A program made the position numbers and the translations under genes. The notes below the pieces were generated by a model. It ran no database searches. It worked only from the letters and a program-made list of their open reading frames with translations, and was not told the DNA's origin. From assembly GCF_963921235.1 (NCBI RefSeq), contig NC_086097.1, forward strand, positions 188,048,001 through 188,112,000: a DNA stretch of 64,000 nucleotides. Direction: 5' to 3'. This stretch comes from Mobula hypostoma (Eukaryota). Positions 26,400 through 38,952 of the stretch are shown here, piece by piece. Position 1 is the stretch's first letter, and the number at the start of each line of letters is the position of its first letter.

Positions 26400-26735
26400 C
26401 ATAGCATAGGACCTGAAACTCTAGAAATTTTATTGGGGAATGTTGGTTTGCAAATCAGGAAGCAAAAAATATGTATTTTTAAAGACATGCAGAACAGATC
26501 TTTCTGGTCCAATGAATTGCAACCCCTAGCAACCCATCTATGTAACCCTGATCTAATCACAAGACAATTTACAATGAATAATTAACCTAGTATCCTGTCC
26601 ATCTTTAGAACATGGGAGAAAACCCATGCACTCACAGGAAGGATGTACAAACTTCTTACAGACTGCATTGGCATTGAAGTCCAAACTCCAACATCCTGAG
26701 ATGTAAGAGCGTTGCGCTAATCACTACGCTACCGC
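26400..26735 (-). mobile_element. tRNA-derived SINE remnant (V-SINE-like)
   Basis: Minus-strand head gcggtagcgtagtgattagcgcaacg followed by gtctgtaagaagtttgtacatccttcctgtgagtgcatgggttttctccca. Confidence 0.55.
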
Positions 26736-26989
26736 AGATCCCCAAGTAAAACAGTTATTTTAGTTTACTTTAACACTTATAACTATGTTGTAATGTTTTA
26801 TGTGTTTAATCAATTACATTTCATTTTAATAGTTTATAAGTTTTTATTTTTATTCATTATTTCATTTTTAATAGTTAGATACCACTGAAGTTAGAAATGT
26901 CTCAGAATGTTAGAGTATTGTAAATCACGTTCAATTATAATCCTAGCTCTGTCTTTTGAAATAATCTCTACTGTATTAGAATACTCATT

Positions 26990-27755
26990 TCGAATTCTCT
27001 CCCCATCTAAATAATAGTCTACCCATTTATTTCTTCCACCAAAGTGCATGACTATGCACTTTCCAACATTCTATTTCATTTGTCACTTCTTTGCCCATTC
27101 CCCTAAACTATCTAAGTCTCTCTGCAGGCTCTGTTTCCTCAACACTACCTGCTCCTCCACCTATCTCTGTATCATCGGCAAATTTAGCCACTAATCCATT
27201 AATCCCATAGTCCAAACCATTAACTTACATCATAAAAAGCAGCGGTCCCAACACCGACCCCTGTGGAACTCCACTGGTAACCAGCAGCCAGCCAGAACAG
27301 GATCTCTTTATTCCCACTCTGTTTTCTGCCGATCAGCCAATGCTCCACACATGTTAGTAACTCCCTTGTAATTCCATGGGCTCTTATCTTGCTCAGCAGC
27401 TCGTCTGTGGCACCTTGTCAAAGGCCTTCTGAAAATCCAAGTACGCCACATCTACTACATTTCCTTTGTCTACTCTGCTTGTAATTTTCTCAAAAAATTG
27501 CGGTAGGTTAGTCAAGCAGGATTTTCCTTTCAGGAAACCATGCTGGCTTTGACCTATCTTGTCATGTGCCTCAGCTATTCCGGAATCTCATCCCTAACAA
27601 TCGATTCCAACAACTTCCCAACCATTGATGTCAGGCTAACAGGTCTATAGTTTCCTTTCTACTGCCTCTGACCCTTCTTAAATAGCGGAATAACATTTGC
27701 AATTTTCCAGTCATCCAGTACAATGTCAGAATCTATCAATTTTTGAAAGATTTGC
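26990..27755 (-). mobile_element. CR1 RT fragment
   Basis: WKIANVIPLFKKG, QHGF, AFDKVP and GVPQGSVLGP motifs on the minus strand. Confidence 0.85.
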
Positions 27756-27955
27756 TTTGAGTAATTGTGCACATATGCAGTGAATTGAATTGTATAAACC
27801 ATTGAAACTGATACAGCTGTAGCATCTGCAAAATTCACAGAGCAATTCAAACTTTTCTATGTATCCAGTTTTCTTGCATCATCAAGAAAGTATGTAAATT
27901 CTTTTATTATTGGATTTTATCTAGCTAAAGTATACATAATATAACAAGTGCATAC

Positions 27956-28074
27956 CAATTTTATTGTTGGATCAAGCCAAGAATGTAGATCTTTAGAGTT
28001 TACTGTGTTTCCAAGCATTTCATAGGGCTTGGCACAGCCTTTTAGGATCATATAGAATGCTTGGTATCCAAATA
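27956..28074 (-). CDS. CNBD1: CNBD1-like internal exon (119 nt, phase 1 to 0): (V)FGYQAFYMILKGCAKPYEMLGNTVNSKDLHSWLDPTIKL
   Basis: Acceptor ttttgtgcag and donor TTG|gtatgc. Contains the cNMP-domain strand FYxILKG; phases match both neighbouring exons. Confidence 0.85.
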
Positions 28075-28957
28075 CTGCACAAAATAAAATGATGTTGTTA
28101 AAAATAAGGTTTTTTAAACTTGGCAAAATAATTTTGCAGAGAAAATTGAAGAAAAACTTAACATTTCTCGAATATAATGATATTAGGAGTTTAACTGAAC
28201 TCACAAGGAAATATTTCTTGATAAAAAAAATACAGCAAAATCTTCAGATCTCCAAGCCATTCCTTAGAAATACATCTTGATTGGGCACTGTTGAATCTCT
28301 GTTATTTTTCTGTTCCTTAGGGTTCTTCCAGGCATCAAGAATGGTGAGGAATTTTAATTTTTAATGATCAATTATTTTAAAGTTTAAACAAAGATATAGA
28401 CATTTGAAACTAAGTGAAGAGCAAAGCAGAAATTCAGCAGATCCAATAAAAAGAAAAGAAAAAAAGATGGCTCCTCAGAAAAATCCATCATCTTTATAAT
28501 CCAGGCAACAGAAATTCCTTAGATAAGAATAAACCAATCAATGGTTGCACAATTACATCACGTGGGAAATATGCTAACACTTAGCCAATGAAAAATGGTG
28601 ATAAACCATTATGTAACTACTATACTGTACTGCTTTCTGCCAATAATTGGGGACAACTGTGGAAAATAACATGAGTTTGTTAAAAAAAAAGAACAAATTA
28701 TGATTGAATTATGACTTTAGTCTTACACCGATTCATCTAAAATCTTATAAAAATATTAAAACCCAGTGCATTCCAATAGTACTAAGGTATTATGTCTCTT
28801 TTCACCTATGTACTGAGTTCCTAAAGTCAAAGAAATACCTCATCATGACAATGATTTCGCCAATAATCTTGCTGATTGGAATGAGCAAAGTTCCCACCAT
28901 AAATTACTATTTGTTGCTGCACCTAAGACAACAAAAAAAGCCTTCCTGCCCAATGTG

Positions 28958-31900
28958 TCAGATGTCAGATCTCTCAGTGGGAAAGCATTTTGGAGATAGT
29001 GAACATAGTTCTATCTCCTTTACAATAGCATTGGAGAGAGATAGGAACAGACAAGTTAGAAAAGGGTTTAATTGAAGTAAGGGGAATTATGAGGCTATCA
29101 GGCAGGAACTTGGAGGCTTAAATTGGGAACAGATGTTCTCAGGGAAAGGTACAGAAGAAATGAGGCAAATGTTCGGAGGATATTTGTGTGGAGTTCTGCA
29201 TAGGTACGTTCCAATGAGACAGGGAAGTTATGGTAGGGTGCAGGAACCGTGGTGTACAAAGGCTGTTGTAAATCTAGTCAAGAAGAAAAGAAAGCTTATG
29301 AAAGGTTCAGAGATCAAGGTAACGTTAGAGATCTAGAAGATTATAAGGCTAACAGGAAGGAACTTAAGAAGGAAATTAGGAGAGCCAGAAGGGGCCATGA
29401 GAAGGCCTTGGCGGGCAGGATTAAAGAAAACCCCAAGGCATTCTACAAGTATGTGAAGAGCAAGAGGATAAGGTGTGAAAGAATAGGACCAAAAAAGATG
29501 GAGGTCTTGCTTTGCCTAATCTAAGAATGTATTATTGGGCTGTTAATGTGCGATATATGTCTTTTTGGTCATACTGGGTTGATAAGAGTGATCGGCCAAT
29601 TTGGGTACACCTGGAACTGAAAGTTGTTAAATAGTTTTATTCAACCTCATTATTGGGAGCTCCTTTACCTATGCAATTAGTTAAAGTTGTGAATTTAAAC
29701 CTATATCCTGTGATTAAGTATTCTTTACAAATTTGGCTCCAATTCCGCAATTTTTTTAATCTTAAAAAATTTAAACTTTGTAGTTTAATTTACCGAAATT
29801 ACTTTTTTAAGCCTTCTTTGAGTGATCCAATTTTTTTACTTTGGAAAAATAAAGGTATTAATTCTGTTTTGGATTTATTTAAAGAAGATAGATTGATGTC
29901 TTTTGAATAATTAAATGATAAATATTCTCTTTCATACTCACACTTTCAGCAATACCTTCAAGTTAGACATTTTTTACAAAAATATTTAAGTAATTTTCCT
30001 TACATATTGGAGGCTGGCCTGTTAGATACTATTATGAGTATGAATCTTTTCATTAAGGGTCCTATTGCGAGAATTTATAATTTATTATTACAATGGGATA
30101 AGCGTCCTTTATCTAAGATTAAACAGGATTGGGAAAAGGAACTTAATTTGCCTTTTATGACGGATATTGAAGTTGGTTAACTCTTCTTCAATTTGTGTGA
30201 GCCATTCATTGATTTCAATTTAAAATTGTGCATCGTTTGACAAAGGAGAGACTTTTTAAAATCTTTCCTAATGTTGATAGTCATTGTGATAGATGTAAAA
30301 CTGAGATAGCTACACTGACACATATGTTTTGGTCTTGTTCTATATTGGAACAGTTCTAGAAGTCAGTTTTCTCAACAATTTCTGAAGCACTTAAAATTAA
30401 TTTACAACCTAATAAATTAACTGTGCTTTTTGGAATAGTTCCTCAAAATATCCATGGTATTTCTGTGCCTGCCCAACATGTTATTACATTTGTTACATTG
30501 ATAGCTAGGAGGGTCATTTTGTTGAAGTGGAAGGATACATGAGCTCCCACTTTGTCACAATGGTTCTCTCAAGTGATGCTATGTCTTAGTTTGGAGAAAA
30601 TTAGAAGTCGAACCTTTGAACCTTTATTTGATTTTGAGAAAAGATGGGGCTCATTTGCTCGTTATTATCATTTGAGTTAATTGATATAATTTTTCCACGA
30701 TCTAATTGTAAATTTTTTAGTATATTTTCTTTTCTTGCTGGCGGTTTGATGTTTATTTTTAGAAGCATTTTGTATGATGCATGACTCCGGGGTTGTACAC
30801 CTAATGGGTTCTTTTTTTTTTCTCTCTCACTTTTCTGCTTAGTAGGTTTTTTTGTTATCACAAAAATTTTTTTTTTCAATCTTTACGATAATGTTTCTTT
30901 TGAGGCATTGTAAGTATTGTTGCTTCAATGTACTCATGCTATTTTTCCTGTATAATATAACAATAAAAAGATTTGAAAAGAAAGAAAGAATAGGACCTAT
31001 CAAGTGTGACAGTGGGAAAGTGTGTATGGAACTGGAAGAAATAGCACAGGTACTTAATGAATACTTTACTTCAGTATTCACTATGGAAAAGGATCTTGGT
31101 GATTGTAGTGATGACCTGCAGCGGACTGAAAAGCTTGAGCATGTAGGTATTAAGAAAGAGAATGTGCTGGAGCTTTTGGAAAGCATCAAGTTGGATAAAT
31201 CGCCGGGACCAGATGAGATGTACCCCAGGCTACTGTGGGAGGTGAAGGAAGAGATTGCTGAGCTTCTGGTGATGAACTTTGCATCATCAATGGGGATGAG
31301 AGAGGTTCCGGAGTATTGGAGGGTTGCGGGTGTTGTCCCCTTATTCAAGAAAGGAAGTAGAGATAGCCCAGGAAATTATAGACCAGTGCATCTTACCTCA
31401 GTGATTGGTAATTTGATGGAGAAGATCCTGAGAGGCAGGATTTATGAACATTTGGTGAGGCATAATATGATTAGGAATAGTCAGCATGACTTTGTCAAGG
31501 GCAGGTCGTGCCTTACGAACCTGATTGTATTTTTTGAGGATGTGACTAAACACATTGATGAAGGAAGAGCAGTAGATGTAGTGTATATGGATTTCAGCAA
31601 GGTATTTGATAAGGTACCCCATGCAAAGCTTATTGAGAAAGTATGTAGGCATGGGATCCAAGGGGACATTGCTTTGTGGATCCAGAACCAGCTCGTTCAC
31701 AGGAGGCTAAGAGTGGTTGTAGACGGGTCACATTCTGCATGGAGGTCGGTGACCAGTGGTGTGCCTCAGGGGTCTGTTCTGGGACCCCTGCTCTTTGTGA
31801 TATTTATAAATGACCTGGTTGAGGAAGGGGAGGGATGGGTTAGTAAGTTAGCTGATGATGCAAAGGTTGGGGGTGTTGTGGATAGTGTGGAGGGTTGTCA

Positions 31901-32750
31901 GAGGTTACAGCGGGACATTGATAGGATGCAAAACTGGGCTGAGAAGTGGCAGATGGAGTTCAACCCAGATAATTGTGAAGTGGTTCATTTTGGTAGGTCA
32001 AATATGATGGCAGAATATAGTATTAATGGTAAGACTCTTGGCAGTGTGGAGGATCAGAGGGATCTTGGGGTCCGAGTCCATAGGATGCTCAAAGCAGCTG
32101 TGCAGGTTGACTCTGTGGTTAAGAAGGCATACAGTGTATTGGCCTTCATCAATCGTGGAATTGAATTTAGGAGCCAAGAGGTAATGTTGCAGCTATATAG
32201 GACCCTGGTCAGACCCCAGTTGGAATACTGTGCTTATTTCTGGTTGCCTCACTACAGGAAGGATGTGGAAACCATAGAAAGGGTGCAGATGAGATTTACA
32301 AGGATGTTGCCTGGATTGGGGAGCATGTCTTATGAAAATAGGTTGAGTGAACTCGACCTTTACTCCTTGGAGCGATGTACGATGAGAGGTGACCTGATAG
32401 AGGTGTATAAGATGATGAGAGGTGTTTATCGTGTGGATATTCAGAGGTTTTTTTCCCAGGGAATAAAATGGCTGTTACAAGAGAGCACAGGTTTAAGGTG
32501 CTTGGGAGGAGGTACAGAGGAGATGTCAGGAGTAAGTTTTTTTTACGCAGAGAGTGGTGAGTGCGTGAAATGGGCTGCCAGCAATGGCGGTGGAGGCGGA
32601 TATGATAGGGTCTTTTAAGAGACTCCTGGACAGGTACATGGAGCTTAGAAAAATAGAAGGCTATGGGTAACCCTAGTAATTTCTAAGGTAGGGACATGTT
32701 TGGCACAACTTTGTGAGCCCTGAAGGGCCTGTATTGTGCTGTAGGTTTTC
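28958..32750 (+). mobile_element. CR1 LINE (28958-29490 plus 30984-32750) split by an L1
   Basis: KENPKAFYKYVKSKR..ERIGP continues as ERIGPIKCDSG after the insert; RT lies in ORF 30852-32618. Confidence 0.9.
29491..30983 (+). mobile_element. L1-clade LINE 3' fragment with 14-bp TSD
   Basis: KKDGGLALPNLRMYYWA and CDRCKTEIATLTHMFWSC (CCHC) motifs; AATAAA and (GAAA)n tail; TSD gaaagaataggacc at 29477-29490 and 30984-30997. Confidence 0.88.
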
Positions 32751-32897
32751 TAATGTATTACAGAGATGCTATGGAAGTACAAGGGCATAGTTTCTCTCCT
32801 GATTCTATCATGCTTTGTAAAATGATGGATTATTAAATATCGTTACAAGCTTGGAATTTACTACATTGCTGGAAAACTAATGATAATTATTTTTGGA

Positions 32898-34350
32898 AAC
32901 AAGAGATGCCAGAAATCTAAGCAAGACACACAAAATGCTGGAGGAACTCAACAGGCCAGGAGGCATCTATGGAAAAGAGAATAGTCGATGCTTCAGGCTG
33001 AGACCCTTCATCAGGACTGGAGAAAAAAGACTGAAGTCAGGGTAAAAAGGTGGAGAAAGGGGAGGAAGAAACACAAGGTGATAGGTGAAACCAGGAGGTG
33101 GGGAGGAGTGAAGCAAAGAGCTGGGAAGTCGATTAGTGAAAGAGATACGTGGCTGGAGAAGGGGGAATCTGATAGTAGATGACAGAAGGGCATGGAAGAA
33201 AAAAAGTGGGAGGAGCACCAGAGGGAGGTGATGGGCAGGTAAGGTGAGAGAGGAAAATAGGAGTGGGGACATAGTGAATGAGCGGGGAGGGGGGGCATCA
33301 CCAGGGGCATCACCTTATATTCCAGCTGGGTAGCCTCCAATCAAGATGGCATGAACATTGATTTTCGAACTTCCGGTAATCCCCACACCCTCCTGTTTCC
33401 TCACCATTCCCCATTCCCCTCTCTCACCTTATTGCATTACCTGTCTATCATCTCCCTCTGGTGGTCCTCCCCCTCTTCTTTCTTCCATGGCCTTCTGTCA
33501 TCTCTGATCAGATTCCCCCTTCTCCAGCCATGTATCTCTTTCATCAATCAAATTTCCAGCTCTTTATTTCTCCCCTCCACCACCCCCCTTCCAGTTTTCA
33601 CCTATCACCTTCTGTTTCTTTCTCCCCTCTCCCCCACCTTCTTAATCTGACTCCAGTCTTTTCTTCTCCAGTCCTGATGAATGGTCTTGGCCCTAAATGT
33701 TGGTTGTAAGCAAGGAAATAATGCTGACCCTTTATTAAGACAACAGTCATGCCGCACTTAGAGAATCATCAACAGTTTTGCCCATATCTCATAAAGGATT
33801 GTCATTTGAGAGAGTCCAGAGGAGGTTCACGAGGATAATTCCAGGAATGAAGGGGTTAACATATGAAAAATGTTTGGCAACTTTGGACCTGCACTCATTG
33901 GAATTTAGAAGAATGCGGGGGAGGGGGGGTGAAATTGAAAGGACTAGATATGGTGGACGTGGGGAGGATGTTTCCTACGGTGTGGGTATCCAGAACTAGA
34001 GGGCATAGCCTCAAAATTGAGGGAGACCCTTTAGAGCAGAGGTAAGGAGGAATTTATTTTAGCCAGAGAGTAGTAAATCTATGGAATGCTCTGCCACAGA
34101 CTGGTGGAAACCAAGTCCGTGCATATATTTAGGCAGAAGTTGATCGTTTCCTGACCGGTCAGGGCATCAAAAGATATGGCGAGAAGGCAGTCGTATGGGT
34201 TGAGTGGGATCTGGGATCCACCATGATGGAATAGTGGAGCAGACTCAATGGGCTGAATGGCCTAATTCTGCTTCTATGTCTTATGGTCTTACTTTTTTTC
34301 CATAGATGCTGCGTGGCCTGCTGAGTTCCCCCAGTATTTTGTGTTTTGCT
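32898..34350. mobile_element. Inverted-repeat PLE remnant (minus arm 32898-33300; plus arm 33310-33705 and 34291-34350) with a CR1 3' fragment inserted at 33706-34290
   Basis: Hammerhead-like motifs at 32983-33018 (-) and 33669-33705 (+); the tail resumes actttttttccatagatgct after the CR1 tail. Confidence 0.8.
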
Positions 34351-35290
34351 TAATATTTTTGGAAGAAGGTTTAGCTACTTATATAAACTCCAATTCAAAT
34401 GAAGCAAGCAACATTGACAATCCATACTTGCAGGAACAATTTTGAAATTAGTAACAAATGTCAAGTTCCCACAAACTATTTGTACTTGGGTACAAAAGTG
34501 AATCTTCTGATAAAAATCAGGGAATTTTAGGAATCAGAATAGCATACAGATTAATGCTATCTGTTAGATCCAGGAGAGGAATACATAGCATGTTTACTTT
34601 TGATAGAGTTGAATGCAATGAGCAACAGCAACTAATGAGTTTGCTGCTTATATATTGGCAGATAAAAGCTGTTAGAGAAAAATCAGTTTAATTTTATACT
34701 GCATATTACTTCTGCTATAGAAAGTTCTGCCATAGGCTTTAAGGAGCCCTAAATGCTGAAGGCTAAGGGTCATATATCATGAAATGCCAAGTGTACCAGG
34801 CAATAAGCTTGTGTACAATGGCTTTGTATACAGTTAAGTCCTATTCAAATTTATACTAGAGATTTAATCTGACTGACCAGCCTCCAAGCTTCAAAACCTG
34901 CCTTGATAGAGTACTGGTCTGTAATCCAAAGTTCATACGGCTGCCATATGAGGATAACTTCAGCAGATTCTTCTGCCCTAGCTATTTTTAAATGAAATGA
35001 TCATGTTTCTTATTTAAAATGAGAGGAAGGATAGTAGATTAGAGTACTCACTTGTAAGGTTACTGACTTTCACTTTGCTCACTCATTTCTATATTTAAGA
35101 TTTATTTTATAGCATCTGTCTTGTTCCCTGCTTCAGTCATAAAAACGAAAGTAAGTGAATGCAACCCTGAATAATTTGAAACATTTGCATTTATACTTAT
35201 TGTAATTGGAACAAAAAGACCACACATTAAAATAGTCAATTCAAACATATTATATCTAATCAACATTCCAGCAAAGTACAACAGATATAC

Positions 35291-35436
35291 CTATGCAACC
35301 TCTGTCCCATGATTCCATGATTATCCGTCCACTTAGATCTTTCAGCTCTGGGTCTGTAAACTGTGTGTTGATTGCTGGAAATAATCTCAGTATTTTATAA
35401 ATAATCAGATGCTCGGAGCGTGTTCTGTAATAGGGA
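35291..35436 (-). CDS. CNBD1: CNBD1-like internal exon (first of five found; 146 nt, phase 2 to 1): PYYRTRSEHLIIYKILRLFPAINTQFTDPELKDLSGRIIMESWDRGCI
   Basis: Acceptor ttctttcag and donor G|gtatat on the minus strand; splices in frame to 27956-28074. Resembles my recollection of human CNBD1 PIHRTPYEHKTVWKFLKTIPDLTFQL...SETWLKGST. Confidence 0.85.
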
Positions 35437-35950
35437 CTGAAAGAAATTGAAAAGCATTTGTAAAACAATATTCTGATTTGTCCGACATTCCAAATCAATA
35501 GCATTCTTGCTTTATCTCCTTGGTTTATTTTATAGATTACCTAGAGAATCTTAAGATGCATTTGTACTCCTGTCATATCTATGACTAAACATATTTTCAT
35601 CTATCAGTTATAGAAATATCTCTAATCATTTGCAGGATCAGACTGCTTTTCCCCTGAGATTATCCTTAACTTAAATGCTTGGGTTCAGATATTTCAATAA
35701 TAGGCACAAGTTATGAAGAAGTGGAGGCTAAACTGCATACCCCTGCTGAACATGTGTTGAAATCATAATTTGCCAGAAACAAGGCACGACGTTCACTCCT
35801 CTTGCCAGCTATCCTGATTTCAGTGCTCAGTTAACAACAGCTATGTTGTTGTTTGCTTAGTACATCAGTACATGGCTAATTTCATGAAAGGCAAATCTTA
35901 ACTGATTAAAGCTAGCATCCACTTCTTAAAGGACAGCTGTACTAGGGTGG

Positions 35951-36540
35951 TGTAACACACTGTAAGGTTTCACTGCTAAGGCTAATGTAATGGCCTCTAT
36001 GCAATCTTCCACTGTTAAGGTAATGGTTTCTCTGTAGCAGCAATGTTTGGGTTATGACTAGAGATAACAGGACTTTGGAATTCAGTGGCTATCCAATGGG
36101 AGAAATGTTGTTTTTTCTTGTGTGTCTGGGAGCCAGGTTTTTTGCAGTCTTTCATCAAGGAGCGATGAAGAGGGAAGACACGTGTGGAGAGAGCTGGTAG
36201 ACCACCGGACGGAGTGGACTGGGATCTGAGGGTCCAAAGGTCGGCAACGCTCAGAGGAGACCGATGGTGGAAGAATGACTACTGAGTGAGCTCCAGTGTA
36301 ATTTTGACTTTGACTTGGACCCTTTGTTTTGTTTATTTTCATTACTAACCCTATATTCAGATTAAGATTCATAAACGCTATCATTTAATTGCATATTGGG
36401 TACTGTCTGATATTTTGCATTGTGGGTTTGTAACTGGGGGTACGTTACACAGCATCCACACAAACGTGATTACCCAGATTGGCGGGGCTGAAAACTGATT
36501 CCCCTAGACAAACACGAGCTGAGTGAGCCTGAGGGTCACA
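35951..36540. mobile_element. Solo LTR (590 bp)
   Basis: TGTAAC...GTCACA ends; 4-bp TSD GTGG at 35947-35950 and 36541-36544. Confidence 0.8.
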
Positions 36541-37015
36541 GTGGCAATAAGTTTGAAAGTCACCTTTGAACCTGTAGAAATGTCACACAAGTTGTAACAG
36601 AGGAAGCTGTAAAATTTTCAGATGCTACAGTGGACACAGACTGGAGGAATATCTTCTACCAGCAGGGACCTGGAGACCATCCACACATTGCAAAGATAGC
36701 AGGAGTAGATAGCTATGAAAGCGTGCCAGCCATGCTGTCAATAACGAGGCTCAAAAAGTTCAATGACCTCAGAGTACAGTCAACGTCATTCAGTTATCAT
36801 CAAATATCTTCTTCCATTAACTGCAAATCTAGGTTCACATTTTGCTTAGCAAACCACATAACCAACATTGACCTACTGATTATCTCTTCCAATTAGGACT
36901 TGGGTTTAACAGCCATGCACTTCATTACACTGACATGTACATTTACCACTACACTAAGACTCACATATCTCAACTTGCAGTCAAAGACCAGTTGCTTTGA
37001 ACTATGGTAGAGGCA

Positions 37016-38298
37016 TCATAGAAACATAGAAAATAGGTGGAGTAGGCCATTCGGCCCTTCGAGCCTGCACCACCATTTATTATGATCATGGCTGATCATC
37101 CAACTCAGAACCCTGCACCAGCCTTCCCTCCATACCCCCTGAGCCCCGTAGCCACAAGGGCCATATCTAACTCCCTCTTAAATATAGCCAATGAACTGGC
37201 CTCAACTGTTTCCTGTGGCAGAGAATTCCACAGATTCATCACTCTCTGTGTGAAGAAGTTTTTCCTCATCTCGGTCCTAAAAGGCTTCCCCTTTATCCTC
37301 AAACTGTGACCCCTCGTTCTGGACTTCCCCAACATCGGGAACAATCCCCCTGCATCTAGCCTGTCCAATCCCTTTAGGATTTTATACGTTTCAATCAGAT
37401 CCCCCCTCAATCTTCTAAATTCCAATGAGTACAAGCCCAGTTCATCCAGTCTTTCTTCATATGAAAGTTCTGCCATCCCAGGAATCAATCTGGTAAACCT
37501 TCTTCGTACTCCCTCTATGGCAAGGATGTCTTTCCTCAGATTAGGGGACCAAAACTGCACACAATACTCCAGGTGTGGTCTCACCAAGGCCTTGTACAAC
37601 TGCAGTAGTACCTCCCTGCTCCTGTACTCGAATCCTCTCGCTATAAATGCCAGCATATCATTCGCCTTTTTCACCGCCTGCTGAACCTACATGCCCACTT
37701 TCAATGACTGGTGTATAATGACACCCAGGTCTCGTTGCACCTCCCCTTTTCCTAATCGGCCACCATTCAGATAATAATCTGTTTTCCTATTTTTGCCACC
37801 AAAGTGGATAACTTCACGTTTATCCACATTAAATTGCATCTGCCATGAATTTGCCCACTCACCCAACCTATCCAAGTCACCCTGCGTCCTCTTAGCATCC
37901 TCCTCACAGCTAACACTGCCGCCCAGCTTCGTGTCATCCGCAAACTTGGAGATGCTGCATTTAATTCCCTCATCCAAGTCATTAATATATATTGCAAACA
38001 ACTGGGGTCCCAGCACTGAGCCTTGCGGTACCCCACTAGTCACTGCCTGCCATTCTGAAAAGGTTCCGTTTATTCCCACTCTTTGCTTCCTGTCTGCTAA
38101 CCAATTCTCTATCCACATCAATATCTTACCCCCAATACCGTGTGCTTTAAGTTTGCACACTAATCTCCTGTGTGGGACCTTGTCAAAAGCCTTTTGAAAA
38201 TCCAAATATACCACATCCACTGGTTCTCCCCTATCCACTCTACTAGTTACATCCTCAAAAAATTCTATGAGATTCGTCAGACATGATTTTCCTTTCAC
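37016..38298 (-). mobile_element. Young 5'-truncated CR1, same subfamily as 18146-20394
   Basis: ORFs 37687-38313 and 37105-37674 are near-identical to the 558-aa ORF, separated by a stop. Confidence 0.93.
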
Positions 38299-38698
38299 AT
38301 CATGTAATATCATTCAATAATTTATTTTCCTCTTCTTCTAAAGAAATAGTGTATAATCAGTACAAGCATTACCAAATTAGAAAATTTACAAGAAATGCAT
38401 AATACAGAAAAAAAGAATGATTATCATAAATGAAGCAGCCATGACTAGTGTCCTTGGCCAGCAAAAGGGCTGAAACTAGTGAAAATCAATTATTTACTAC
38501 CTAAACATGTACCCCACTTCTCACTCCTAGATGGATTAAGCAGCTATCTCATTTTTAAAAACTCTCCCCTTACACTATGCCTTTCCCCTTTCAAGTAGCC
38601 AAGCATTGCCACTTAGCCAGATGGCAATAAGGGAGTACGATGATATCAAGATACAAAATCTCCTGATATGAAACTCATTATTATCAACTAGTATTGAT

Positions 38699-38952
38699 AT
38701 ATACTTTATACTTTATTGTCACCAAACAACTGGTACTAGAACGTACAATCATCACAGCGATATTTGATTCTGCGCTTCACACTCCCTGGATTACAAATAT
38801 TAAATATTAAAGATATTAAAAATAGTTTAAATTAGTAAATATTAAAAATTTAAATTATAAATCATAAATAGAAAATAGAAAAATGGGAAGTAAGGTAGTA
38901 CAAAAAAACCGAGAGGCAGATCCGGATATTTGGAGGGTACGGCCCTGAATCC
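38699..38952 (-). mobile_element. Rex-like LINE 3' tail fragment
   Basis: Near-identical to the split copy at 18114/20395; minus-strand AATAAA and (AAGTAT)n tail. Confidence 0.7.

Noticed and set aside
30852..32618. 588-aa ORF as a novel gene with a hydrophobic N-terminus
   Set aside because: The first ~44 codons are L1 3' UTR read through the TSD into a CR1 RT fragment. It is a chance chimeric frame with a non-ATG start.
33700..33710. CR1 targeted to the hammerhead cleavage site
   Set aside because: A single event a few nt from the site in a very repeat-dense region; chance is sufficient.
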